Shown: piece after piece, positions 21,514 to 30,938 of the stretch
Numbering within the stretch: position 1 is the stretch's first letter
Layout of the letters: each line of letters starts with the position of its first letter
DNA from: Methanomassiliicoccaceae archaeon
GTDB taxonomy: Archaea > Thermoplasmatota > Thermoplasmata > Methanomassiliicoccales > Methanomassiliicoccaceae
Assembly: GCA_963728405.1 (NCBI GenBank)
Contig: CAVSJV010000005.1
Location: 64,001-128,000, forward strand
DNA: 64,000 nucleotides
Direction: 5' to 3'
Notes under the pieces: generated by a model
What the model was told of the DNA's origin: nothing
Seen by the model: the letters and a program-made list of their open reading frames with translations, nothing else
Databases searched by the model: none
Translations under genes and position numbers: made by a program

Positions 21514-21835
21514 TTGCAGACAGCAGCCTTACCTCTAGGATGTGAAGGCCATTGGCCTGCCGCGGTGATCGCGGCGGTGATCGGAATAGTGACCCTGGCC
21601 CTAGGCTATGGTGCCTTGCAAGGGTGGGGATGGGTATGGACCCTGACCATGGTGGTCATGGTCATTTTGGTCATCATAGGGGCGCTGAACCTACTGGGGG
21701 TCGCTTTTGGAGCATCAGGGGGGGGTGGCGGGCATCGGCGGGATACTGATCCCCCTGATCATCTTGCTCTACATGAACACTAGGGGGGTGCGCACCTGGT
21801 TCGGCAAGGTCAAGGCTCTCCCCCGCCGGGCCTAA
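21514..21835 (+). CDS. Small membrane protein (frameshifted, possibly 5'-truncated)
   Basis: Hydrophobic helices IGIVTLALGYGALQGWGWVWTL; ILIPLIILLYMNTRGVRTWFG in a shifted frame. Confidence 0.55.
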
Positions 21836-21937
21836 ATCTTTTCCATACTATCATCCACTGCTCAGTAAAGCATTTTCACGGTTTGCTTCCGAGTAAGGAT
21901 CTCCATATTTTGGCGGATTTGATCATTTTATGAGAAA

Positions 21938-21957
21938 TTATATAGTAGCTAGCTACT
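21938..21957 (+). promoter_or_regulatory. TATA box abutting a perfect 14-bp palindrome (probable PadR operator)
   Basis: TTATATA then AGTAGCTAGCTACT (21944-21957) upstream of padR. Confidence 0.55.
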
Positions 21958-22011
21958 TAGGTAGGCCGGAACCTAGTAGCTCCCTTCCTAGGGAGTTGCC
22001 TGGAGAAGGAA

Positions 22012-22545
22012 ATGTTCGGAAAAGGTCATGAGTATAAGGGCTGCCGGGTCAGCCCCATGCAGCTAACGATCCTGATCCTCCTGCGGGACCGGCCGATGTA
22101 CGGATACGAGGTCCTAAAGGAGCTGAGGGACCACTTCGAAGGCGTTTGGAACCCTCAGACCGGATCGATATATCCTGCTCTCAAGAGATTGGAGGAACAC
22201 GGGCTGGTCATCTCAGAAAAGCGGGAGGGGACCGATTATTATCGCATCTCCGATGAAGGGAGGGCCTGGGTAGTAGAGAGGCTGACCCACTCGCCCAAGG
22301 ACATCCGCCTTTTGACCCGCTACCTGGAGATGCTCGACAAGGCTGCCGCCGACCTTCATATCATTGGCGAAGGGGGACCGCAGCCAGGTCATTTCTCCGA
22401 GATGTTCGAGGAGGATAGCTGCGATCGATCCAGAAGGGCGAAGAAGCTAAGGGAGGCGCGGGAGCGCATAGCCCATCATCTCGCCAACATTGACCTGGAG
22501 CTCAGCGAGATCGACAGGGACAACAAGGGAGGGAATCGAACATGA
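22012..22545 (+). CDS. PadR family transcriptional regulator
   Basis: RPMYGYEV, GSIYPALKRLEEHGLV, YYRISDEG. Confidence 0.92.
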   Translation: MFGKGHEYKGCRVSPMQLTILILLRDRPMYGYEVLKELRDHFEGVWNPQTGSIYPALKRLEEHGLVISEKREGTDYYRISDEGRAWVVERLTHSPKDIRLLTRYLEMLDKAAADLHIIGEGGPQPGHFSEMFEEDSCDRSRRAKKLREARERIAHHLANIDLELSEIDRDNKGGNRT

Positions 22546-23541
22546 CTGCGATTGTGGAAGTGGAGAACCTGACCAAGCGGTTCAGCGAGGAGCGTGCTGG
22601 CCGTGGACGGGATATCCTTCACGGTTAACGAAGGCGAGATCTTTGGGTTCCTGGGCCCCAACGGGGCGGGAAAGTCGACGACCATCAATATGTTGACCAC
22701 GCTGCTCCGGCCGACCGGGGGGAAGGCGCTGGTGGCCGGTCTGAACATAGCGACCCAGCAGGATGATGTGCGCAAGGTCATCGGTCTGGTCCCTCAGGAC
22801 CTCACCGTGGACGATGAGCTGTCTGGCTGGGAGAACATGTACCTGCAGGCCGACCTGTACAACGTACCGAAGGACGAGGCCAAGCGGGACATCGAGGACC
22901 TTATTCATGTCGTGAACCTGGAGGACGCCGCTGACCGCCGCGTTAAGACCTATTCTGGCGGAATGAGGAAGAGGCTGGAACTGGCCGAAGGACTGATCCA
23001 CCATCCCCGCATCCTGTTCCTGGACGAGCCGACCCTGGGTCTCGACATCCAGACCAGGGCGGCCATCTGGGAGTACATCAAGGACCTCAAGGCCAAGCAC
23101 AACATCACCGTGTTCCTGACGACCCACTATCTGGAGGAAGCTGACGGCCTATGCGATCGCATCGGCATCATCGACCATGGCAAGATCGTCGCGCTCGATA
23201 CCCCGGCCACGCTCAAGCGGTCGGTGGGCGGGGACGTCATCGAGCTGAAGGTGGAGAGCGCCATGGACCTCACCGATCCTATCAAGAACGTCGAGGGCAT
23301 CCTGGACGTCAAGAAGGAGAACGACACCTATCGCATCAAGGCCTTAAAAGGCGAGGCGGCGATCCCGAAGGTGCTGCTGGCGGTCACCAATAACGGTGGC
23401 ACGGTGTCCAATGTATCACTGCACCGGCCCAGCCTGGACCAGGCCTTCCTGGAGTACACCGGACGGTCATTACGGGATGCTGAATCGAGCGGCGGGTTCG
23501 ATCGCATGGCCGCTTCCCGCGCCTCAAGAAGGAGGCGGTAA
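22542..23541 (+). CDS. ABC-2 type exporter ATP-binding protein (DrrA-like; 5' frameshift)
   Basis: GPNGAGKST, YSGGMRKR, LFLDEPT, LTTHY. ATG at 22542 overlaps the padR stop. Confidence 0.92.
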
Positions 23542-23545
23542 GGTG

Positions 23546-24376
23546 ATGCACGAGACGTGGGCCTTGACCGTGAGAGAGCTGAAACACTGGTATAGGGTCA
23601 AGATCCAGATCTTCATGACCCTCATCCAGCCGATCGTCTGGCTGGGGCTGTTCGGTCAAGCGTTCAACCTCGGCGCGGTGTTCGCCGGCCCAGGCGTACC
23701 GGCGGGAGCGTTCCAACAGGCGTTCGCCGGTGCACCGGACTACTTCTCGTTCATGTCGGTCGGCATGCTCGCGGTGATAACGCTGTTCGCTTGCATGTTC
23801 TCCGGCATGAGCATCGTGTGGGACCGGCGGTTCGGATTCCTGAACAAGCTCAAGGTGGCGCCCATACCGAGGGGCGTGGTGCCGGTATCGAGGATACTTG
23901 CTACGGTCGTCCGGGCCATGATACAGGTGGCCATCGTGCTGATCATCGCTGCAGCGTTCGTCTATGTCCCCGGCCTCACCGGCCTTAGCGTGAAGGCGAG
24001 CTTCAGCCTGTTCGACCTGGGCGGGATGTTCCTCATCCTGTTCCTGCTGTCCCTGGGCTTCGCATCGCTGTTCACCGCGATCGCGCTGGCCGTGGAGAAC
24101 CAGGAGACCCTGTTCGGCGTGATCAACCTGCTGAACCTGCCCCTGATGTTCGCCTCCGCGGCGCTGTTCCCGTTGTTCTTAATGCCTGGTTGGCTCCAAA
24201 GCATCGCCAAGTACAACCCCCTCACCTGGGCTGCGGACGGCCTGCGGCAGTTCGCGTTCGTGGACACCAGCGCCGTTTACAGCGTGGAGTGGGACATAAT
24301 CGGGCTGGCGATCTTCTCCCTGGCCCTGGTAGGGATCAGCATCGTTGTATCGAGGAAGCTGCTGAGCAACAAGTGA
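23546..24376 (+). CDS. ABC-2 type exporter permease
   Basis: QPIVWLGLFG, DRRFGFL, PLMFAS, YNPLTWAADGLR; about six TM segments. Confidence 0.9.
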   Translation: MHETWALTVRELKHWYRVKIQIFMTLIQPIVWLGLFGQAFNLGAVFAGPGVPAGAFQQAFAGAPDYFSFMSVGMLAVITLFACMFSGMSIVWDRRFGFLNKLKVAPIPRGVVPVSRILATVVRAMIQVAIVLIIAAAFVYVPGLTGLSVKASFSLFDLGGMFLILFLLSLGFASLFTAIALAVENQETLFGVINLLNLPLMFASAALFPLFLMPGWLQSIAKYNPLTWAADGLRQFAFVDTSAVYSVEWDIIGLAIFSLALVGISIVVSRKLLSNK

Positions 24377-24553
24377 GCACCAAACCCTTTCCATCCCTTT
24401 TTCTAAATAATTTCGATACCTATTTGCGCCCGCTTGCAGATAGTTCGTTCCTATCTGTCCTTAACCAGCAGCTCTCCGACCCGTAGATGGGGATACATCG
24501 CCGCGGAGCACGATGCTTTGATGTAATGGACGTTTTAGCGTTGGAACGGCCGC

Positions 24554-24748
24554 TCAATCCATCTTCTTGAAAACTATCCCGTGGCTAAGGAGGTTCGCTT
24601 CCTTGAGCACGACATTGTCGAGCACGACCTGCTCCCCGACGATATTGGTGCAGATGGCCTGGGGGCCGCGCATGACGATCCTGGTCGCATCCTTCAGGAC
24701 CTCTTTCATCGCGCCGTTCTCTTCCAAGAACACCGTCGACTCACACAT
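24554..24748 (-). CDS. cooT: CooT family nickel-binding protein
   Basis: N-terminal MCES, 64 aa, C-terminal NLLSHGI; near cooC/acsB. Confidence 0.75.
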   Translation of the reverse strand: MCESTVFLEENGAMKEVLKDATRIVMRGPQAICTNIVGEQVVLDNVVLKEANLLSHGIVFKKMD

Positions 24749-24799
24749 GCCCGGAACATCGGTCTGGCGAGTATAAAACGCTTTTTTATCCGTTCCAGC

Positions 24800-25237
24800 T
24801 CAGAGCGTGCTCTGGGTGTGCTTGCTCTCCGAGCGCCTCGGCTTCGGCTGCGCGTCATGGAAGGTGTACTTGGTCGGAATCTTCTTGGTCGTCCCCCTGC
24901 TGTAGGGGCAGGACGTGCATCGATAACCTAGAATGACCGAACCACCGTAGATGGTCTCGTTCCTAACCTTGCGCATGCGGGAGCCACAAACAGGACATCG
25001 CCCCATCTTGGTCTTGACCCCGCTGTCCCGCGATTCCACATCCACCTTCACCAGGCCGGATTGGATGGCGACCTTGCGTACCCGCTCCTCTGTGACGGCA
25101 TACTCATTGTCCAAGTGCTTGAGCTTCTCCCGAACGAATTCCGCGAACAATCGCTGGGAGGAGATAGCTCCATGCTCCCTCAGAACGTCGGAGATGGCCA
25201 CCGCTAAAACCTCGATGGTTGGGACGCGGTAGCTCAT
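24800..25237 (-). CDS. Basic hypothetical protein with zinc ribbon
   Basis: CPVCGS...CTSCPY; helical N-terminus. Confidence 0.75.
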   Translation of the reverse strand: MSYRVPTIEVLAVAISDVLREHGAISSQRLFAEFVREKLKHLDNEYAVTEERVRKVAIQSGLVKVDVESRDSGVKTKMGRCPVCGSRMRKVRNETIYGGSVILGYRCTSCPYSRGTTKKIPTKYTFHDAQPKPRRSESKHTQSTL

Positions 25238-25386
25238 GATGGGGAATGGTCCAGACTCTTAATGATGTTTTTGTTGCTACGATAGCTCAGGCTAGAAGTT
25301 ATAGTGCGCTTGCACAGACAAACTGCTCAGGAAGCACTATGCAGGTCCTTGCCTTCTTAACTGACTAGCGGCCGCTCGAACCAGGC

Positions 25387-25780
25387 TCACTTTATGTTGC
25401 TCAGGAACTCACGGGTGTAGGCATTCGCTATGTCTTGCGCATCGGGGGCCAGCGGACCCCACATCCCGGTGACCGCAAGGTGAAACATCTTCGAGCGGAC
25501 GGTCATGCCCCGGCCAGCGCATGCATCCGATGATCCGGCAGGCAGCGTTCTTGTTGCCGGCATCACCCCGATTAGCTTTGCGCTTCTCCGCGTCCAAAGA
25601 TAATGGCTCTACGGGGTTGAAGGCGTACATGGGCGATCTTCAGTAGCTATCCAGCCGCTCGAAGAATGGCCGGAACCTTGGTCATGCGTCCGCCCTGGTC
25701 GGGAGTTCAATGAACAGATCGTCCCCGCCGGCGGTCACGGTCCACCGTCCGACGGATATCAGCGAGATCTCGAGGCCCTA
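25387..25780 (-). pseudogene. Decayed flavodoxin-like gene
   Basis: Fragments EISLISV, DLFIELPTR, PFFERLD, FHLAVTGMWGPLAPDA..FL with stops and shifts. Confidence 0.4.
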
Positions 25781-25789
25781 GGGTTGATC

Positions 25790-25960
25790 TCCTCGGCGTG
25801 GCCTCGGCACCTGTTCGGCTCGCCGGGGCGCCTCGGCAAGCCTATGGCGGCATGGCGCCGTTTCCTGAAGAAGGTGAACCTTCCGCGGGGCGTCCGAATA
25901 TGCCATCTTGACCACTCAGGGGGCACCGCAACCGTCCAGGAAGAGCAGTGCCCGCCGTGG
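25790..25960 (+). pseudogene. Second decayed flavodoxin-like fragment
   Basis: LFGSPGRLGKP..RRFLKKVNLP then shifted YAILTTQGAPQP. Confidence 0.4.
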
Positions 25961-26132
25961 AGATGACCGAGCCCCCGGCGGCCAGGATAACTCGGCCCCG
26001 GTATTATCGTAGAAAGGCCGATGATATCAGCCCGGCCAGAGAAAACCGATGTAACCGAGGAGCACCAGACGGTATGAGGCGATCTGCATCTGAAAGACCA
26101 GGGAGGGATGTAGAATCTGTCCGCACCTTTTC

Positions 26133-26959
26133 CTAGACGGCCATCCGGGAGTAGGTCTTCTCCGTTACCCTCTTGGCCACGAAAAAGAATGGATGGTCGT
26201 CTAGCGGCCTACGACCTCTAGCTCGTCCTCCAACGCATCGATGTGCATCTCCATGGTCTCCAGCTCGATCGTACCGAGGTCGGTGGTCCGGGAACGTTCG
26301 ATCCCGCCATTCCCGCCATCTAGGGTGGGCAGATACTGGACGATGTCCATCCGGTAGACTCTCCCCGACCTCAAAAGGAACTGGCCATCCTTCATGGTCA
26401 GGGCCGCCCCGCACCTGGTCCTCCACCAGCCCATGGAAGCGCAGGAAGACCGATTCGCTGAAGATCTTGCTGCGAACGACCTCCCTGATCATATTGGCCC
26501 AATTATGGTCGTCGTCGACCGCTTTGGTCGAGAACCCTACATCGATGTTCCGAGCGGGAACACCAGATGGCCGACATGGCCTATGGTCACGTTCCCCGCT
26601 TTCATCGTATTACGGAGCTGGAGATCGAACCGGGTGGAGAAGTCATGAGATGAAGTGGTCAGGTCCACGAACCGCCCTAGGCGGTACCGGATCACCACAA
26701 AGGGACCATGGTCGCTGACCTCGGTGACGGTCGCCTCCCTCAGCGGCAGATAATACTCTTCCCCCTGCGATGTTCCAAGAAAGATCAGAAGGACCGATTG
26801 CCCCTTCAGCCCTCGGGGTCCACTTTCTCGTTCACCCACTTCCACTGATAGCGTGAACTGTAGTCGTAGCCCTCCGGTGCGAACAAGCAGATCCACCGTG
26901 TCCATCCAATAAGGTGGGGTATCTGAGTTAACGAGAGCGACGGATATGGGGCCGTCCAT
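26133..26959 (-). CDS. Hypothetical protein of about 275 aa (several frameshifts)
   Basis: ORFs 26537..26959, 26133..26492 and 26201..26434 join into one continuous protein-like sequence. Confidence 0.55.
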
Positions 26960-27145
26960 GTCCTTGTACCGTTCATATCACGGACCGCGGGGCGTTATTA
27001 GAACCTTCTCAGCTCTGCCGGACGGTCATCAGGGTCCCGAGCTGGTGCGGAAGGTGTCGACCTGCCGTTCGGACCACGAATGCACCGATCCACCTTCAGC
27101 ATCCTAGATTTAGGGCGGGCGCCGATTCAATATTAAGGTGAGAAC

Positions 27146-28486
27146 ATGAGGACGGCGAAGGTGATCATCATGGGCGCGGCGGGAAGGGACTTTCACAACT
27201 TCAACACCTACTTCCGGGACAACCAGGAGTATGATGTGATCGCGTTCACCGCGGCGCAGATACCCAATATCGATGATAGGTGCTACCCGGCCAAGCTGGC
27301 CGGTAAACTCTATCCTAAGGGTATCCCCATCCTGCCGGAGGACGAGGTGCCGGAGCTGATCAGGAAGCACCGCGTCGAGCAGGTCGTGCTCGCCTACTCC
27401 GACCTGCCATACGATGAGGTCATGCACAAGGCGTCCATGGTGCTGGCGGCCGGAGCGGACTTCCGGCTCATGGGCAACGAGCGCATCGTCCTCCGCTCGG
27501 TGGTGCCGGTGGTCAGCGTCTGCGCGGTGAGGACCGGTTCAGGGAAATCACCCACCACCCGCCGGGTCTGCAAATTGCTGCGGGAAAAGGGTCTGAAGGT
27601 CGTTGCGGTCCGTCACCCCATGCCCTACGGTGACCTGTGCAAGCAGATATCGCAGCGCTACGCGACCTACGAGGACCTGGACAGATACAAGACGACCATC
27701 GAGGAGCGGGAGGAGTACGAACCCCTGATCGATAATGGCATCATCGTCTACGCTGGCGTGGACTACGAGGTCATCCTCCGGGAGGCGGAGAAGGAGGCGG
27801 ACGTCATCGTGTGGGACGGCGGTAACAACGACTTCCCGTTCTATCGTTCCGACCTGCAGCTGGTCATCGCCGACCCCCACCGCCCGGGGCACGAGATGTC
27901 CTATTATCCGGGCGAGGCGAACGTGCGTATGGCCGACGTGATCATCATCAACAAGGTGCAGACCGCCGACCGCCAGAACATCCTCCGGGTGAAGGAGAAC
28001 TGCAAGCGGTTGAACCCGAGCGCGACGATCATCGAGGCGGCGTCCCCCATTAGCGTCGACAGGCCGGAGGATGTGCATGGCAAGCGCGCCCTGGTCGTGG
28101 AGGACGGCCCGACCGTCACCCACGGCGGCATGGCCTTCGGGGCCGGCCTCATCGCCGCCGAGGACAACGGTGCGGTCATCGTCGATCCCCGGCCGCGCGC
28201 GGTCGGCTCCATCGCCGGAGACCTTCTCCAGTTCCCCCACCTGACCAAGGTGCTGCCGGCCATGGGCTACTCGCCCGAACAGGTCAGGGAGCTCGAGGAG
28301 TCGATAAACGACACCGACTGTGATGTGGTGATCACGGGTACGCCCATCGACCTTCGCCGGGTGCTCAAGGTGAACAAGCCCATCGTTCGCGCCCGGTACG
28401 AGACGGTCGAGATCGGACATCCCTCGCTGGACGAGATCCTGACCGCTTGGCTGGATAAGATGGAGAAGGGGCGCAGCCCGTACTAG
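27146..28486 (+). CDS. Arginine synthetase ArcE-like / cyclic 2,3-diphosphoglycerate synthetase-like P-loop protein
   Basis: IMGAAGRDFHNFN, AVRTGSGKS, RHPMPYGDL, TIEEREEYE, VWDGGNND, VEDGPTVTHGGM, LPAMGY. Confidence 0.8.
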   Translation: MRTAKVIIMGAAGRDFHNFNTYFRDNQEYDVIAFTAAQIPNIDDRCYPAKLAGKLYPKGIPILPEDEVPELIRKHRVEQVVLAYSDLPYDEVMHKASMVLAAGADFRLMGNERIVLRSVVPVVSVCAVRTGSGKSPTTRRVCKLLREKGLKVVAVRHPMPYGDLCKQISQRYATYEDLDRYKTTIEEREEYEPLIDNGIIVYAGVDYEVILREAEKEADVIVWDGGNNDFPFYRSDLQLVIADPHRPGHEMSYYPGEANVRMADVIIINKVQTADRQNILRVKENCKRLNPSATIIEAASPISVDRPEDVHGKRALVVEDGPTVTHGGMAFGAGLIAAEDNGAVIVDPRPRAVGSIAGDLLQFPHLTKVLPAMGYSPEQVRELEESINDTDCDVVITGTPIDLRRVLKVNKPIVRARYETVEIGHPSLDEILTAWLDKMEKGRSPY

Positions 28487-28654
28487 GACGTTAGCGGACC
28501 TATCCTGGGAGGGGGCGTCCTTCCAACGAGGGAAGGGTCATGGGCACAGGATGCCAAGAAATCAATATTGGTGGCGATATGAAAATCATTAAGTGCTCCT
28601 CTGGTCCGTCCAGGGGTAATCCTAGGAGCCACGTTCATACTGCTGTCCCCCCTC

Positions 28655-30702
28655 GTGCTGTCGGCCATCTCCGCCACCATCTCCCTCGTGCTGATATGGT
28701 ATGCTCAGCGGTACAAGGGGAAGACCAACACACGGTACTTCCAGGCGCTCATGCTGGTGGCCGCCTCGTGGGCCTTACTGTACGGGCTTGAGATGAGTTT
28801 TTCAGGCTGGGACGAGAAACTCCTGTTCTTCCACCTACGTTGGGTCCCCCAGGCTCTCATCGGGGTCACCATATTCTGCCTGGCCATCAGCTACGCGGGC
28901 AAGGATCAGTGGCTCACCCGCCGCAACCTTCTACTCCTAACGATCATCCCGGCGGTCACCATCGTCCTGGCCTTGGCCTCTCCATGGTCTCAGCTTTTCA
29001 AGTACGACTTCTCCTTGAGCACTAATGGGCCCTTCGTCATACTATCTTCCACCAGCGGCCCCTGGTTCCTGATCTACATAGTCTACAGCTACATCCTCAT
29101 CGCCGTCTCCCTGATCGCCATCGCCATGTCCGTCCGTGGAGGCAAGCACCTGTACCGGTCCCAGGCCGTGGTGTTCATCACGGGGCTGTCCATTGGTTTC
29201 TTGGTCGACGCCTTGTTCCAAGCGGGAGCTTTACCGACCAACGGCTTCAATCCTTCTTCATCGGCCATTTCCATCGGTGGGATATTTCTGCTCTGGGGAT
29301 TGTTCCAGTTCCGGCTACTGGACCTCCGGCCCATGGCCCGACAGATGGTGGTGGAGGAACTGCCCGACATGGTCCAGGTCTATGACGGCCAGCATCGTCT
29401 GGTAGACTTCAACAGGGTGACGGGAGAGGCCTTCGGGCTGCACGGCAAGGCGTCCCTGGGTCTCCCGGTTGAGGTGGTGATGGCCGGCCAATCCGAATTC
29501 GTCCACCGACTAAAGCAGGAGGAGGAGTTCCGGGCCGAGCTTGACCTCGTGAACATGGGCGCAGAGCACAGTTACGAGGCGTCGGTACGCTCGCTGGCGA
29601 TGGGCGAAGATGGCAAGGGCAGGGTAGTACTGCTCCGTGATATCACCGACCGCCGGAGGGTCGAGGACAAACTGCGGGCAAGCGAGGGGCGCTATCGCGA
29701 CCTCGTCGAGCTGGCACCGTTCCCCATCGTCATCACTGACAGGGACAGTGGAAAAATGGTGCTCGTGAACAAGGCCTGCATTGACCTGTTCGATATTAAT
29801 CCTGAGGATGTCAAGGCTCGCACTGCCAGGGAGTTCTACCTCCATCAAGAGGACCGAAATGATCTCTTGAACAGCTTGAGGGTAGGAGGGCCGGTGATCG
29901 ATCACGAACTTCAGATGAGGACGTCGAAGGGAGGGGTGTTCTGGGCCCACGTTCGGCCTCCATCATCGAACTCGATGGTGGCCATCATATCTTCCTGGCG
30001 TTCAATGATATCAATGAGCGCAAACGGGCAACAGAGGCGCTTCAGGTGGCCAACTCCAAGCTCAACCTGATGTCGAGCATCACCCGTCATGATCTCATTA
30101 ACAATCTCACCGCCATGCAGGGGTACGTTCAGCTATGCCGGTTGGACCGGTCCCCGGAGAAGATCGCGCCCTATCTGGACAGCATGGAGCGGCTCACCGC
30201 AGCGGCCGGGGCATTGTTGGCATTCACCAAGGATTATCAGGACCTTGGAATGGCCCCGCCCACTTGGCAGAGCATAAATGGCGTGATGTCCAAGGTCATG
30301 GCCCAGCTTGACATCCAGGCGGTCCGGTTCACCAGCAGCGCCCTGGGGGTCAAAGTGCTGGCCGACCCGATGCTGGAGAAGGTGTTCTACAACATCATGG
30401 AAAACTCCCTCCGGCACGGCGGAGGGGTCACCATGATCGAGGTCTCCTGCGTCCGCCTGGACAAGGCCCTTCTCCTCGTGTTCGTTGATGACGGGACAGG
30501 AGTCCCGAACGGGAACAAGGAGAGGATCTTCGAGCGCGGTTTCGGTAAGAACTCAGGCCTCGGTCTGTTCTTGAGCCGGGAGATACTCGCGATCACCGGA
30601 ATGAGCATCAGTGAACGCGGGAAGGAAGGCCAGGGCGTTCGGTTCGAAATAGAGGTGCCTGATAGCGGATACCGCATCGACGATGGCGTAGCGGCCCAAT
30701 GA
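28655..30702 (+). CDS. HisKA_7TM-PAS-PAS histidine kinase (frameshift about 29950)
   Basis: 7 TM N-terminus, RDITDRR PAS ends, SITRHDL H-box, DPMLEKVFYN, DDGTG, FERGFG, GLGL. Confidence 0.9.
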
Positions 30703-30938
30703 TGTCAAAAAGGTCGAGCCTGGCTTTTCGTGTATCCTATCGGGTCGCTCATCGCTCTGTAGGTTTGTCGATCATACTGGTCCTTTCCCAGGTGCCAGAT
30801 ACCAGTATCGTGTCCCCTTGCAATGCGCATCCTGCAAAACATCCGGGACTAGCATGGACCCCGTAGGTGTGATGCACCATTTGTCGTAACATGGGCTAGG
30901 CGCCGTTCGATGTGCTCATCGGTAGAACGGCCTCCAGC

